The position numbers and the translations under genes were made by a program. 64,000 bases of DNA, from positions 15,996,001 to 16,060,000 of the forward strand of contig CP075494.1 of NCBI GenBank assembly GCA_021613535.1. Direction: 5' to 3'. Every line of letters begins with the position of its first letter. The stretch's first letter is position 1. This document shows positions 63,095 through 64,000 of the stretch, piece by piece. The notes beneath the pieces are model-generated. The model worked only from the letters and a program-made list of their open reading frames with translations, searched no databases and had not been told where the DNA came from. Source of the DNA: Adineta vaga (taxonomy: Eukaryota; Animalia; Rotifera).

Positions 63095-64000
63095 ATGAAA
63101 TTGAATGATTTACCTGACGAAGTTCTTCTATTAATCTTGAAAGAATTAAATAGTTTTGAAGTTTTTTATTCTTTTCATGATATTAATCAACGATTCAATA
63201 GAATTCTTTCTGATCCAATATTTACAAATTATTTGAATTTTGTCAAATGGTCATGTCATAAAATGATTACTAAGTTTTCTTCTAATCTTATTCATGAATT
63301 TTCTTCACAAATTTTATCTAAAATTTGTACAAGAATTGAATGGTTTAATGTTGAATCATCATTTATAAGACATATTTTATCTACGAACAAATATTCCAAT
63401 TTATATGGACTTGGTCTATACAATATTGACGAAGAAATAATCAATTTTCTTTTTACTGGTATGATAATACTTTATTTTAAAGATAATTCTTTCAAATCAT
63501 TTGATTTGTTTTATTTAGATAAGAATCTTTCATCTGATATTTTTCAAAATCAAATAACATCACTTGTTATTGGAATTGATTTAGAAAAAAAAGAATATGT
63601 CAATCGTAGAAAATATACTCTATTCACAATGATGAAGAATTTAATTCATTTAACATCTTATGAGGCATCATATGACGATTTCGTTCGATTTAAATTTGAT
63701 GTTTCATCTCGAAAATTTTCTTCGTCAACTTTATTGACATTAAATATTAAGGCATATACTTTTAATAACTGTCTCTGTATTCTTGATGGTCGTTTTATTA
63801 ATCTTCAATCACTTGAAGTTGATCTGATTAGCATTGGTCGTTCATTCGAACAAGTCGAAAATCAAGTTAGTTTAATAATGACGAGAAATATCTTTGTTCT
63901 TTTTTCTTTAACATTTTCTAGAGAGAAATTCCAAATCTGAAATGTTTCAATATATCATGTTTATCACAATTCTGCGAATACAACGAATTACTTGTTCCAC
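63095..64000 (+). CDS. F-box/LRR-like protein, running off the window end
   Basis: MKLNDLPDEVLLLILKELNSFEVFYSF..INQRFNRIL; CLCILDGRFINLQSL; introns at about 63459-63518 and 63867-63921. Confidence 0.85.

Noticed and set aside
1-64000. Prokaryotic origin, operons, CRISPR array, integron, rRNA or tRNA genes
   Set aside because: Abundant spliceosomal introns and metazoan genes (VPS13, GCLC, CD225). I saw no regularly spaced repeat-spacer array, no integrase and no recognisable structural RNA.

Overview
Very AT-rich eukaryotic genomic DNA with many short (about 50-60 nt) GT-AG introns. The gene inventory (ART-TPR, NHL, F-box/LRR, LDLa-EGF-7TM, fungal/plant-like intronless enzymes) points to a bdelloid rotifer; this is an inference. 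About 20 genes or pseudogenes: VLIG-type GTPase 3' end, three F-box/LRR genes, ADP-ribosyltransferase-TPR, DUF3445, a secreted PLA2-like protein, a permuted-papain-like protein, an atypical kinase, GT61, DUF707, NHL, a decayed LDLa/EGF GPCR, a hemerythrin-like gene missed by the ORF track, CD225, a divergent GCLC, a gamma-COP fragment, an aquaglyceroporin and VPS13. Two leads stand out. (1) Two paralogous ~1285-aa genes each splice into exactly three tandem TM/Cys-rich ectodomain/TM modules, the layout expected of a single-chain trimeric ENaC/P2X-like channel. (2) A dispersed telomere-like motif, (TTG)AGGGTG(G/T)GGTG, occurs about 15 times. It forms inverted termini of elements from ~50 bp to 1.9 kb, one enclosing a gamma-COP gene fragment, and one copy sits exactly at the breakpoint of a duplicated kinase 3' end. 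Several otherwise open genes carry in-frame TGA where Trp is expected. All family calls come from motif recognition; no database search was run.
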